64,000 nt of DNA, taken from positions 2,496,001-2,560,000 of the forward strand of contig CAXXLX010000001.1 of assembly GCA_963665235.2 (NCBI GenBank). The letters are read 5' to 3'. This stretch comes from Candidatus Poribacteria bacterium (GTDB lineage Bacteria; Poribacteria; WGA-4E; WGA-3G). How positions within the stretch are numbered: position 1 is the first letter of the stretch; every line of letters starts with the position of its first letter. The translations under genes and the position numbers were made by a program. The notes below the pieces were generated by a model, which saw only the letters and a list, made by a program, of their open reading frames with translations, searched no databases and had not been told where the DNA came from. This document shows positions 41,607 to 51,752 of the stretch, piece by piece.

Positions 41607-42944
41607 ATGCGTAATCTTTTTTATCCGATTGGTGGCGGAAATGAAATTGGAGCGAGCTGTTATTTCATTGCATTAAACGGTGACAAGCTGCTCCTGGATT
41701 CCGGCATTCGGTTGCACTCAGATACAAATTATCCGCGTTTCGCTTCGCTTTACGCAGAAAACCTGCTTGATGGTTTATGGGAATTAGACACAATTCTACT
41801 GTCCCATGGGCATCTCGATCATGTGGGGTCGCTCCCTGCTGTCGTTGAGGAAGCATCGGATGTGCCAATTTATGCCACGGTTCCAACGCGGGATATTATG
41901 GAACTACAATTGAACCAACCGCTGCAAACGGATGAGGCGTTCATGGATTTTCATGAAGTGAAACTGTTTAATCAGGAAAGGGTGCAACGTGCTATTGATA
42001 AGGTGCTGCCGAAGGAATGGTATCAACCTATTCCGTTGAACAATTGTCTTGTGTCCTTCTTTCCTGCTGGTCACATTCTCGGAGCATCTATGATTTATAT
42101 TGCCTCCGAGGCGGGGAATGTCCTATTTACAGGCGATTTTACGCACTTCGATCAGAAAACTGTTGCGCGCTATCAACTTCCTGACAACCTGGAAGTTGAC
42201 CTACTGATTACGGAATCTACTTACGGCTATCAGGATGCCGCCTATGCTGAAAATGTGGATACAGAGCGCGAAATATTCGCTGACAAAATTGAGAAATGTT
42301 TAGAGAAAGGCGGAAGCGTGCTGATTCCGGCGTTTGCAATCGGGCGAAGCCAAGAACTTGCCCTCATTTTACAAGAATTAGTACAAGAGGAACGTTTAAA
42401 ACCTTTCCCAATTCGGATTGATGGTCTTGCACAAGTCGCCTGCGAAATCTACGAGGCGAACGGGGTTAAGGTCTTCGGACGTGATGTCGAAAAGGCACCA
42501 GCGGGTTTAGCTGAAACCATGGACGTTTTTAACGGGGTGATTATTGCCAGCTCTGGGATGCTACTAGACAACAGTGCCTCCGCACGTTATGCAGAGAAAT
42601 TGCTGCCGGACCCCCGCAACTCTCTCTTTTTTAGTGGTTACTTGGATGAAGAGAGTCCGGGCAAACGGCTCTCACATCTTTATCAAAATAGGAGCGAACG
42701 GTTTCATCTCAACAAAAAAACGGTCCCTGTTCACGCGGATGTGGATACCTATCGCCTCTCGGCACACACTAACTGCGGCGGTATCCTTGAACTTATTGAA
42801 AAAGTTAATCCCAAAAAGGTGGTGTTCGTCCACGGATATCCACAATATGGGACAGAAATTAACGTATATAGTCAAACGTCCCGGCAATTCCATGGAAAAA
42901 TAGAGGTATATCAAGCAAACAACGGCACCCCTATCTATTTTTGA
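41607..42944 (+). CDS. Metallo-beta-lactamase/beta-CASP nuclease
   Basis: GGGNEIGASC, SHGHLDHVG, AGHILGA, TGD, ESTYG, FAIGRSQE, LSAH, VHG. Confidence 0.92.
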   Translation: MRNLFYPIGGGNEIGASCYFIALNGDKLLLDSGIRLHSDTNYPRFASLYAENLLDGLWELDTILLSHGHLDHVGSLPAVVEEASDVPIYATVPTRDIMELQLNQPLQTDEAFMDFHEVKLFNQERVQRAIDKVLPKEWYQPIPLNNCLVSFFPAGHILGASMIYIASEAGNVLFTGDFTHFDQKTVARYQLPDNLEVDLLITESTYGYQDAAYAENVDTEREIFADKIEKCLEKGGSVLIPAFAIGRSQELALILQELVQEERLKPFPIRIDGLAQVACEIYEANGVKVFGRDVEKAPAGLAETMDVFNGVIIASSGMLLDNSASARYAEKLLPDPRNSLFFSGYLDEESPGKRLSHLYQNRSERFHLNKKTVPVHADVDTYRLSAHTNCGGILELIEKVNPKKVVFVHGYPQYGTEINVYSQTSRQFHGKIEVYQANNGTPIYF

Positions 42945-43064
42945 CGAAAAGCGGGATGGGCGCAAAATTCAATGAGAAACACGATAGGCACAAATCTCTG
43001 GCGTTGGCACGAATAGATAGAAAAACAGATAAATTTGCTTTTCATACACATTTATGTTATACTT

Positions 43065-43447
43065 TACTAAACTTTGGACAATTTTAGGGTGTGTAAAGTC
43101 AAAGGGATAGATGGAAGGGTGGAAGAGTGGAAGGGTGGATTTCACGTGTGTTGTCTGAATCACGGAAGGCACGGAGAACGCAGAGAACGCGGAATGGAAG
43201 GTGCGGAACAATCAAAGGTTTGTGGTTATAGATTAGGGTGTTGTTCTTTCTATAAACATACCGCCCCGCTGGGGCTATTTTGTGGTGTGGTTGCGTTTTC
43301 TATAAAGATACCGCCCCTACGGGGTTATGCTTTTGCACATTGGAGTCTCTTTTCTACTGTTTGTGTTTGTGTGAGAAACTTAGAGAAAAATCAGAAATGC
43401 TTTGAAAATCGGGCATCAGGCTCACTGATATTGTCCAAACTATAGTA
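43065..43447. mobile_element. MITE-like family C, copy 2
   Basis: Same ends and 3' body as 18198-18461, with extra internal short repeats. Confidence 0.7.
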
Positions 43448-43495
43448 TACTTTAGTAATGGCACTCAACTACCAAACCCTTCTGGGGCAAATTAT

Positions 43496-44008
43496 GTGAT
43501 AAAGGCGGTCGCTTGTAGGATGGACAATAATCCGCTTTCTACAGACACGGATTCTTACAAGCTCGTAGTCTGGAAGCCGGTGATAAGACAGGGTGTAGAT
43601 AGGATCGATGTTTATGGGTACGCAGAGCTCACAAAACAGTACTACGACAACGGCGTGATAACTACATCGCAGTATGTCCACGCTCGTGGCGGTTCCCGGG
43701 GTGGTGATCTTTTCTGGCGGTTCATGCATGAGGTCCGAGGGCCCAACGGCGGTCGAATCGGTTTTGAGCAGGAGGAATTAAAGGACGAGAATGGGGTCGC
43801 TGCACTTTTCAAGTTAGCCCCCGGTGCTTCGTATACTTCACCTACGGTAGACCTCTCCATTTCCCTACCAATGTTAGCAGGAGAATACACCTCAAAGGCG
43901 TATGTGAACCTCGAAGTCGAAGGGACTGAAATCAATGCGGAAGGCAAGAAACTTAAGGTAAAAGACAGCTGGCCCGTTACGAACGAAAAGAAGTTCAAAC
44001 AAGAATAA
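43496..44008 (+). CDS. Hypothetical protein, possibly a 5'-truncated remnant
   Basis: 170-aa ORF with a weak start immediately after the MITE. Confidence 0.55.
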   Translation: MIKAVACRMDNNPLSTDTDSYKLVVWKPVIRQGVDRIDVYGYAELTKQYYDNGVITTSQYVHARGGSRGGDLFWRFMHEVRGPNGGRIGFEQEELKDENGVAALFKLAPGASYTSPTVDLSISLPMLAGEYTSKAYVNLEVEGTEINAEGKKLKVKDSWPVTNEKKFKQE

Positions 44009-44012
44009 CCTT

Positions 44013-44040
44013 AGGGGGCGGGTGTCTTCACCCGCCCCCT
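44013..44040 (+). terminator. GC-rich hairpin
   Basis: AGGGGGCGGGTG-TCTT-CACCCGCCCCCT just after the stop codon. Confidence 0.55.
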
Positions 44041-44059
44041 TCCTAAAAGGAGTGGAGCA

Positions 44060-45202
44060 ATGCCTAGATGGACAGCAACCTTAGGGTTTCTCCTCTGTTT
44101 CGTATCTATTGTGAGTGCGAAAATCGTCTTTACGTCAAATCGCAATAGCGATGACAAAGACAATTACGACATCTATTTGATGGACGATGATGGTGGCAAC
44201 CTCCAGCAACTCACGCATACACAACTGAGCGAGCGGCATCCACGATGGTCCCCCGATGGCAGACAGATTGTTTTCAGACGGCAAGTGCATCCATTTGATT
44301 CGCAAAGATGGCACCTGTTCATCATGAATGCGGATGGCACAAATGAACGGCAACTCACGGAACCTCATAAGGATGGCAGAGATAATGTCCCCGTGTTTTT
44401 CCCGGATGGGAAGCGGCTTCTTTTTGTGCGGTATATGTCTCACGATGATGCCCCTGACGCGCACACCATCAATGTGATGAACCTCGCCACAGGAACTATC
44501 AAAAAAATCGCTGACTTTGGCGTAAACTTTCCCGATGTGTCCCCAGATGGTAAGCATATTGTCTACGGTGATATACATGGGGCGGGGGGCAACGGCGGAA
44601 GTAATATCGGATTGATGAACACAGATGGGGACGATGTGTCTGAACTCCTGCCATCCCCTCCAGAAAAACCCACGACACTGAGAGGGATGCCAAGATGGTC
44701 CCCGGATGGCAAGCAAATCCTATATACCGAAAGTCAGTATAACATTGTTCGCTTCAAGAACACGGTTGCCTACGAAGCAATAGGGCATCTATACCGGATA
44801 TGCAATCGGGATGGCACCCCCCATCGCAGATTGAATATCCCGAAGAATAGGACACCCGCCGGCTTAGCTTGGATGGATAACGGAAAGGCGATACTTTATA
44901 GCGTAGGTGAAGTGGAACTGAACAAAGCCCCGGAGAAAGTCGTGGGGAGTTATAATATCTATAAATATGAGATTGCCCCCGGTCAAAACACACCGCTGAC
45001 AACGCATCCCGCAAACGACAAGTATGCGGATTGGATAAGTGATAGGGTGTATTCGGTGTCGCCCGCAGAAAAAAAACTTATGCAATGGGGAGGACTCAAG
45101 TCGCTTTTACTGCCTATGTCCCGTGTGGGATTCGACGTGTTTTTGCGAGACGTGTGCCTTTTCCGCGTGTTCAGAACTTTCACCGGACTGTCCAGAAAAT
45201 AA
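44060..45202 (+). CDS. Secreted TolB-like PD40 beta-propeller protein
   Basis: Signal peptide, KIVFTSNR, repeated P.WSPDG motifs. Confidence 0.88.
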   Translation: MPRWTATLGFLLCFVSIVSAKIVFTSNRNSDDKDNYDIYLMDDDGGNLQQLTHTQLSERHPRWSPDGRQIVFRRQVHPFDSQRWHLFIMNADGTNERQLTEPHKDGRDNVPVFFPDGKRLLFVRYMSHDDAPDAHTINVMNLATGTIKKIADFGVNFPDVSPDGKHIVYGDIHGAGGNGGSNIGLMNTDGDDVSELLPSPPEKPTTLRGMPRWSPDGKQILYTESQYNIVRFKNTVAYEAIGHLYRICNRDGTPHRRLNIPKNRTPAGLAWMDNGKAILYSVGEVELNKAPEKVVGSYNIYKYEIAPGQNTPLTTHPANDKYADWISDRVYSVSPAEKKLMQWGGLKSLLLPMSRVGFDVFLRDVCLFRVFRTFTGLSRK

Positions 45203-45459
45203 ACAGTCGCGTCTCTCTACTTGAACACAGGATTTGCTATGGTTCTACACTGTGAGTGTGTTAAACGTGATAGGGTATTTCTGAAGGTTTGAACGGGCAA
45301 TGAATGGTATCTCTTACTAAACACTGCTCTGTACACAAAAACACAAAAACTACATAGTAAATATTATGCTTCAAGTTGCTACCTAGCTGTCCTTGTCCGT
45401 CCAAATCAACGCTGAATGCGCGTATGGCATTCAGCGGGTTGAAGAAGTCCAATCCGACA

Positions 45460-45612
45460 ATGGCTATTGACTTATGGCCTCGCTGGCTATTGGCTTATGG
45501 CTAATAGCAAGAGGAAGAAACAAAGAGAAAGAGAAATCTAACGCGCGGGATACCGCGTTCTGTAATCACAACATCTTGCCAATTGCTAATTGCTAATTGC
45601 CAATCGCCAATA
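45460..45612. repeat. Inverted degenerate 7-mer tracts
   Basis: TGGCTAT-type tract facing a TGCCAAT/TGCTAAT tract; similar pairs at 17765-17850 and 18095-18192. Confidence 0.6.
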
Positions 45613-45626
45613 ATAGGAGATATAAT

Positions 45627-46775
45627 GTGGAACTAGAGATTAACGAATTAATAGAGAGATATCGGCACAAATCCAAGAGCCAAACGAAAGACTTAGTCAA
45701 AGCGCAAATTCACAATTATGAATTGGTCCGCGTTGTTCTAGATGCCCCCGGACGGCAGCCTAACGAATTTGTGAAACAACTGGAAAAGGCGATGAACGTT
45801 AGCAGAATCCCTTTTCGCGTTACCCGGCAACTTGATAGGAACCAAATTGACCGACCGCAAAAACGTATCGTGTGGGCCCAGCATGTAGCAGAAGCCGCAC
45901 AGGACCTGTGGGAGTTCTCACTTGAAACGGCAATAAGTGTTGACTATAACGTTCTTTATGAACGTCTCACAGACATTGTGGCGGCCCAAGAAGACACACA
46001 AACCAAAATTGAACCGAAGGCAATCCTTTATCTCTTCAGTCTCGAGCTCGCGGACACGGTCATCTACAAACAGGCTCTAGAGGAAACGGTTCGGCTCGCC
46101 AATTTTGCACAGACAAAGGCCCTCTTGAAGGAACTCGTTGAACTCATTGCAACGGAACGCGGAGTTGTTGAGAGAAAGTCGGCGCATGAACGGGCAATCG
46201 GAGGTATCGCTGGGACTCAAGCACTCATCCAATCCCTAACCCGCGAAAGCGAACCGGTCGTACACGACAGTGAAACGGTAGATTCCGTGTGGCAGGAACG
46301 GCTTGCACATGAAAACGATGACCTTCGCGCCGCGGCAGAAATCGCACAACATCAACTAGAAGCGCTGCAAGAAGAATTGGAGCATATCCGGCATGAAGCG
46401 AAGCAGGAAGCTGTCATTACATTTTTTCAAGAGATGAATTCTGTCAAAAATAGTCATCTCCTTGACCAATTTCAAACCGCCGAGGTGCTCCTTAAAAAGC
46501 TGCGTCAACAAGGAATTGAGATTCCTAAAGAGGCTGAGCTCATTCCTGCGCTTATCGCAATGTTCAGCCGCTTCCTTAAAACGCAGGGAATCCATCCCAA
46601 AGCCTTAATCGGTGAGAAAAAGGAGATAACGCTCCAAGAATCAGACGAATACGAATACATCGGCACCGATTTTGAGAGCGATGTTGACCGGAAAACTGTT
46701 CAAGTCCAAACAGGAGGTTGGATATTTGGGGAAACGCTCATCTCTAAACCGAAGGCGACCGAAATTCAGGAGTAA
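45627..46775 (+). CDS. Helical/coiled-coil protein with a divergent GrpE-like C-terminus
   Basis: AGGAG RBS and GTG 45627; coiled coil then FLKTQGIHP..IGE...VQVQTGGWIFGETLISKPKA. Confidence 0.65.
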   Translation: MELEINELIERYRHKSKSQTKDLVKAQIHNYELVRVVLDAPGRQPNEFVKQLEKAMNVSRIPFRVTRQLDRNQIDRPQKRIVWAQHVAEAAQDLWEFSLETAISVDYNVLYERLTDIVAAQEDTQTKIEPKAILYLFSLELADTVIYKQALEETVRLANFAQTKALLKELVELIATERGVVERKSAHERAIGGIAGTQALIQSLTRESEPVVHDSETVDSVWQERLAHENDDLRAAAEIAQHQLEALQEELEHIRHEAKQEAVITFFQEMNSVKNSHLLDQFQTAEVLLKKLRQQGIEIPKEAELIPALIAMFSRFLKTQGIHPKALIGEKKEITLQESDEYEYIGTDFESDVDRKTVQVQTGGWIFGETLISKPKATEIQE

Positions 46776-46912
46776 AGCGATAGATTTTTCCATTTGTAGT
46801 TGTTCAACGAAACTACTAGAAAACGCTAGAGGTCAAAACTTTTTTTCAAACTCACGTTAAACAAAACAACTGACAACCTGAAATTTGTCAGCATCAAGAA
46901 AGGGGGCAAACA

Positions 46913-49900
46913 GTGAAATACTGGGTGATTGCACCAATGGAGTCTACGACTCCAGAAGAGCTGTTCACACATGCGTGGAATTACGACATCCAGAACGGCA
47001 CACTCGCTGTAGGGTGGCAGACCACGCAACCGAAATTGCAAGACATTTCTCAAATCGCCAATTTTGAAGACTTTTTAACCGAAATTGCAGCAGCTGACCC
47101 CGGATGGGGGGCCCGCGCGCCGAAAATGATATGGGACTTTCACGACACTATTGAGGAAGGCGATATCATCTTTGCAAGACGCGGTTTAAATCAGATACTC
47201 GGAATCGGGCTCGTGACCCAAAAAGCGTCCTACGATGCAGAAAAAGGCTACGAACGTATTGGCACTTCCGGGCCTCTCTCGGAAAGCCTTCAACAGCACT
47301 TTAGACCCCGGTTTATAGAAATCGCATGGCAGGTTACCGGAAGTTTTCCCGCTAAATTGGCATGGCGACGGACAGTTCAAGAAATTACTGATGTCCAATG
47401 CAGCCAGCTCATCACGGAACTCCAAGCGCATCTCACTGATGCACAATATCAAGAGATACAAGCAGCACTTACTGAGGAAACGACACCTTCACACGTAGAA
47501 GAACCAGCTCCACAGGAGGAGGCTACCCCCGCTACTAGCGAGGAAAGCGTGGCGGAAGACCAAAAGCTGCCTCCACTTGAATCTACAGATGCACCATTCC
47601 GTAGCTGGGAACAGTCCTCGGAAACGGCGGACCAAAAAGAGGTACCCGCTGAACCAACAACGATTCCAGCCGACACACCAAAGACTACGGTCCCAATACG
47701 CGACGTGCCGACACCTAAACCCGATACGTCAGCAGAGCCTAAAAAACCTAATTTTTATATCGGAATTGACCTCGGGACAACTAATTCGGTGATGGGATGG
47801 GGCACTATCAACCCACAGACAAATCAGATTGAACCGAAGATTGTTGAAATCAACATGATGATAGAACGCGGGGGGATAGGCAAACGTGAACTATTGCCCT
47901 CTTGTATCTATTTCAAAGAGGGGAGCCGTCCAATCGTCGGTGAGTATGCAAAAACGATGATCGGCCGGCAGACAGCACGCGTAGTCAAGTCTATCAAAAG
48001 CGAGATAGGCTCTCAAAAATATCACGATTTTGACAATACGCGCTATACCCCAGCAGAGATTTCAGCACAAATTCTCACACACTTAGCAACAAGCGCAAAA
48101 TCACACTTCGGGTTTATTCCTGACGATGTCGTTATCACGGTCCCCGCATCGTTTGATTCCGATATGCGTAACGCAACCATTGAAGCAGCAAAACTCACAG
48201 GTTTCCGAACGACAGAAGATGATGGCAGCCCACGCAACATCTTACTCGATGAACCGCGTGCTGCACTTTACGATTTTATCAACCGACAGAATAAAGGTGA
48301 AATTCCTGAGACGCTTATCAATTTTCACGAACCCAAACTGGTACTCGTTTTCGATCTCGGGGGCGGAACCCTTGACGTATCCCTACATCGGGTTTCGTAT
48401 CAACAGACGGAACACGGGTTGAATATCGAAGATTTAGCTATCTCCCGCTATACGAGAATTGGTGGAGATGATTTTGACCAGAAACTTGCTGACCACTTCC
48501 TCGCAGCTTATGAAAACAAAATTCCTGAAAATCTAGATGACTTCCAGAAAAACCTCCTCAGCAGCACTTTCCGAGAATACGCTGAACAGGCAAAAATCGA
48601 TATCAGCAGTGAAATCGAAAACGGAAAACTTCTGGGATATCTGGAGCTTGATACCGTCGAGACAACGATTATCCAAACGCCTTTCGAAAATCAGGTCTTC
48701 CAATATGACCTCTCCTTAACCGAATACGAGGAAATTGTAGAACCGCTGCTCGGTAATAAGCTCTCTTTGGAAGATGTGGAAAAGGTTGACACCCTGCAAT
48801 TTAACGATGATAACATCATTTATCCGATTCTGGATGTGTTGAAAAAGGCACAACTCAAAATTGGTGAATACCCGAAAGTTGATGCTGTCCTCTTAAACGG
48901 TGGAATGACCAAACTTCATACAATTCAGAATCGGTTGGAAACCTTTTTCGGATTTCCACCTATCGCGGCTGGCGACCCAGATAAAGCTGTTGCGCGCGGT
49001 GCAGTTGTTTATCACTACGACCTGCACCGAGGCATAAAACCCTCCCGGATTTTGAATGACACAATCGGCATCGAAATCACCGGCGGCACGGTCAAACACC
49101 TAGTGGAAGCTGGGACTATCCTCCCGTTATCGCAACCGAAACCTATCGAAGGATTACAGGTAAGCGTCGACGCGCATTACTTAAAACTCCCGTTCTATGT
49201 CGGAAGTCGAACAGACACGAAACCACCTAATCGACGTATCCTTGAGCGAAGAGTGAAATTCGAAAGCCAAAGACCTTTTCTGAAAGATGAACCTATCTTT
49301 ATCCAAGTACAGGTCGATGAAAGAGGTATTTTGAATGTTGAGGGATGGTCCAAAGATAATCCGGCTGACAAATTTACCGTTACCGTAGATGCGGCACAGT
49401 CGCCCGCAGAAACAACGCTCCTGAGACCCGACCAGGCAACCCCTGCGATTGGCACCGTTTCCACGGAATCGACACCTACACGGCAGGTCACCGCCCTCAA
49501 CTTGGACATCAGAGAAGAACTCATCGAAATGCGGAAGCATTATAGCAATTACATGCGAACACACCGCAAGGATGTAATTATGGCGCAGATTAAAAGGCAA
49601 AGCACTAAGGTTGCACGCGCTGAGAATGCCCAAGAGTTCATCAAACCTTTAATCGATACGGTCCAAACTGTCAATAATTTTGGGCGCTCGCGAATCATGA
49701 TTTTGCTCGGGGAACTCGCAGCACGGTGTGCAACGCCTGACCAACTTTATGATATTTGCGACGCTGCGACCTTCCTGAGCAACCCGATAGAGTTGAAATA
49801 TAAGCACCCAAAAGTTATCAACAGTGTTGTCAGATATGCTGTTGAAGCTATTGGAAAAACACAACTCTCGCTTGCTGAATCGCACCTCATTCAACTGCTG

Positions 49901-50425
49901 AATCAGGAGAAGGCGACCTCTATCCAATCAAGCGTTATCTATTCAATGGGGAAATGTTGTCATAGCCTCAACGCTATTGAACACTTAAAACCGCTGATTC
50001 AGGCGGCGAGTGATTCAACGCGTATCGCTGTCAATTGGACCTTCGGAAAAATCGGCAGCCGAGAACGGAAAAATCCCATTCCCATTAACCAGATGGACTC
50101 GGTTATCAGCGCACTTATCAAACAGCTGAAGACTGAACGACATGTCGATGTAAAACGGAACGGTATTTATGCCCTCGGCGAAATTTGTGATCGCCGCGAA
50201 TGCACAACCGATAGTGTAGGGGAAGAAACAGCAGCGTCTGTTATAACCCTCCTTGAAACTTTCACTAAACCTAGCAACTTCGGGACAAGCCTATCCGATT
50301 TAAGCTCCATGCAACAGTCGAAAACACTTCAGCGGTTCGCAGGTGTCTCTACACAGATGATAAAAGGTATCGAACTATCGCACGAACAACAATCCAGCCT
50401 ATTGACAATTCGGGAAGAAAATTAA
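46913..50425 (+). CDS. Multidomain Hsp70-family ATPase: McrB/Mrr-N-like domain, linker, Hsp70 NBD, HEAT-like repeats
   Basis: IGIDLGTTNS, ITVPASF, DEPRAA, FDLGGGTLD, GGDDFD, NGGMTK, PDKAVARGA; helical C-terminus (AVEAIGK, YALGEI). Confidence 0.88.
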   Translation: MKYWVIAPMESTTPEELFTHAWNYDIQNGTLAVGWQTTQPKLQDISQIANFEDFLTEIAAADPGWGARAPKMIWDFHDTIEEGDIIFARRGLNQILGIGLVTQKASYDAEKGYERIGTSGPLSESLQQHFRPRFIEIAWQVTGSFPAKLAWRRTVQEITDVQCSQLITELQAHLTDAQYQEIQAALTEETTPSHVEEPAPQEEATPATSEESVAEDQKLPPLESTDAPFRSWEQSSETADQKEVPAEPTTIPADTPKTTVPIRDVPTPKPDTSAEPKKPNFYIGIDLGTTNSVMGWGTINPQTNQIEPKIVEINMMIERGGIGKRELLPSCIYFKEGSRPIVGEYAKTMIGRQTARVVKSIKSEIGSQKYHDFDNTRYTPAEISAQILTHLATSAKSHFGFIPDDVVITVPASFDSDMRNATIEAAKLTGFRTTEDDGSPRNILLDEPRAALYDFINRQNKGEIPETLINFHEPKLVLVFDLGGGTLDVSLHRVSYQQTEHGLNIEDLAISRYTRIGGDDFDQKLADHFLAAYENKIPENLDDFQKNLLSSTFREYAEQAKIDISSEIENGKLLGYLELDTVETTIIQTPFENQVFQYDLSLTEYEEIVEPLLGNKLSLEDVEKVDTLQFNDDNIIYPILDVLKKAQLKIGEYPKVDAVLLNGGMTKLHTIQNRLETFFGFPPIAAGDPDKAVARGAVVYHYDLHRGIKPSRILNDTIGIEITGGTVKHLVEAGTILPLSQPKPIEGLQVSVDAHYLKLPFYVGSRTDTKPPNRRILERRVKFESQRPFLKDEPIFIQVQVDERGILNVEGWSKDNPADKFTVTVDAAQSPAETTLLRPDQATPAIGTVSTESTPTRQVTALNLDIREELIEMRKHYSNYMRTHRKDVIMAQIKRQSTKVARAENAQEFIKPLIDTVQTVNNFGRSRIMILLGELAARCATPDQLYDICDAATFLSNPIELKYKHPKVINSVVRYAVEAIGKTQLSLAESHLIQLLNQEKATSIQSSVIYSMGKCCHSLNAIEHLKPLIQAASDSTRIAVNWTFGKIGSRERKNPIPINQMDSVISALIKQLKTERHVDVKRNGIYALGEICDRRECTTDSVGEETAASVITLLETFTKPSNFGTSLSDLSSMQQSKTLQRFAGVSTQMIKGIELSHEQQSSLLTIREEN

Positions 50426-50452
50426 GCAGGTGTTTCTGAATGGAGGCTCAAA

Positions 50453-51661
50453 ATGGCAATTTTAGCAATAAATGGCGGAAAACCGGTACGTACGAGCCCT
50501 TTTCCTACATGGCCAGTGCTTGATCCCACCGACTTAGCAGAATTTGAGCACATATACAACAGTAGAAAGTGGGGGGTTGGCGGTACAAGGGTTCCAGAAT
50601 TTGAGAAACAGTTTGCTGAATTCCACGGGGCAAACTACGGTGTTTGTGTCAATAGTGGCACCTCGGCACTCTATATCGCCCTGAAAGCTGCCGGCATTTG
50701 CCCCGGCGATGAGGTCATTACCACGGCTTATACATTTCAAGCCACAGTCGTCGCTATTCTGATGACCCATGCTGTGCCAATTTTTGTGGACACTGCTCCT
50801 GATAGCTTTCTCTTAGATGTTACCAAAGTTGAAGCTGCGGTAACTGAAAAAACGAAAGCAATTTTGCCGGTTCACATTGCAGGGTATCCAGCTGATTTGG
50901 ATGGTCTCGTTAGTATTGCTACGGAGCATGACCTCAAGATTATTGAAGATTGTGCACAAGCACACGGGGCTGAATGGCGTGGACAAGGCGTGGGTAGCTG
51001 GGGACATTTCGGTTGCTTCAGCTTCCAATCATCCAAAAACCTTTGTGCAGGTGAAGGCGGTATCGTCCTGATGAACGACAGAGCGCTCTATGAACGCGCT
51101 TGGGCATTACACAACTGCGGCCGCACCACGCCTCACGCTGAATTCGGTAACTTGGAGCCGTTCGGCGGAAATTTCAGGATGACAGAGTGGCAGGCGGGTA
51201 TTCTCCTCTCACGTTTAACGCGGCTTGAAGCGGAAACAAATCACCGACACATGAATATGCGGTGGTTGGATGGTTGGTTCGGTGAGATTCCGGGCATTAA
51301 GGTCACCCCGATTGACCCGCGGGCAACACGAGGTGGCTGCCACGGGTATAAGGCTATCTTTGATTCCGAAGAGTTCGAAGGAATTTCACGCGAACAGTTT
51401 ATCAGCGCGATGCGCGCGGAAGGAATACCTATCGGATACTGGTACACTACACCGATGTATCGAGCAGCCTTTCTAAAATCTAACCTCTTTGGAGACACCC
51501 TGGATTATTCTGAAGTTCATTGCCCCGAAACCGAGAAACTGTGCCAAACAGGTATTGCCCTCGGTCAAAACGTGTTAATGGGGACAGAGGAAGATATGGA
51601 GGACATCATTAAAGCATCGATTAAAATCAGACGGAACGTGGCGGAACTAAAAGCGGATTGA
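50453..51661 (+). CDS. DegT/DnrJ/EryC1/StrS PLP aminotransferase
   Basis: NSGTSAL, EDCAQAHG, FSFQSSKNLCAGEGG. Confidence 0.93.
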   Translation: MAILAINGGKPVRTSPFPTWPVLDPTDLAEFEHIYNSRKWGVGGTRVPEFEKQFAEFHGANYGVCVNSGTSALYIALKAAGICPGDEVITTAYTFQATVVAILMTHAVPIFVDTAPDSFLLDVTKVEAAVTEKTKAILPVHIAGYPADLDGLVSIATEHDLKIIEDCAQAHGAEWRGQGVGSWGHFGCFSFQSSKNLCAGEGGIVLMNDRALYERAWALHNCGRTTPHAEFGNLEPFGGNFRMTEWQAGILLSRLTRLEAETNHRHMNMRWLDGWFGEIPGIKVTPIDPRATRGGCHGYKAIFDSEEFEGISREQFISAMRAEGIPIGYWYTTPMYRAAFLKSNLFGDTLDYSEVHCPETEKLCQTGIALGQNVLMGTEEDMEDIIKASIKIRRNVAELKAD

Positions 51662-51752
51662 TAAAAAAATGAATTGGACGAAATTTTTTACTATCCTTTT
51701 TAGGCTTGGAAGACTCTATAATATCAAACCCTATAAAAAGGAGATTTATCAA

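Noticed and set aside
46913-50425. Housekeeping dnaK missing from the grpE-dnaJ run
   Set aside because: Extra N- and C-terminal domains and a divergent substrate-binding region; canonical DnaK is probably elsewhere.
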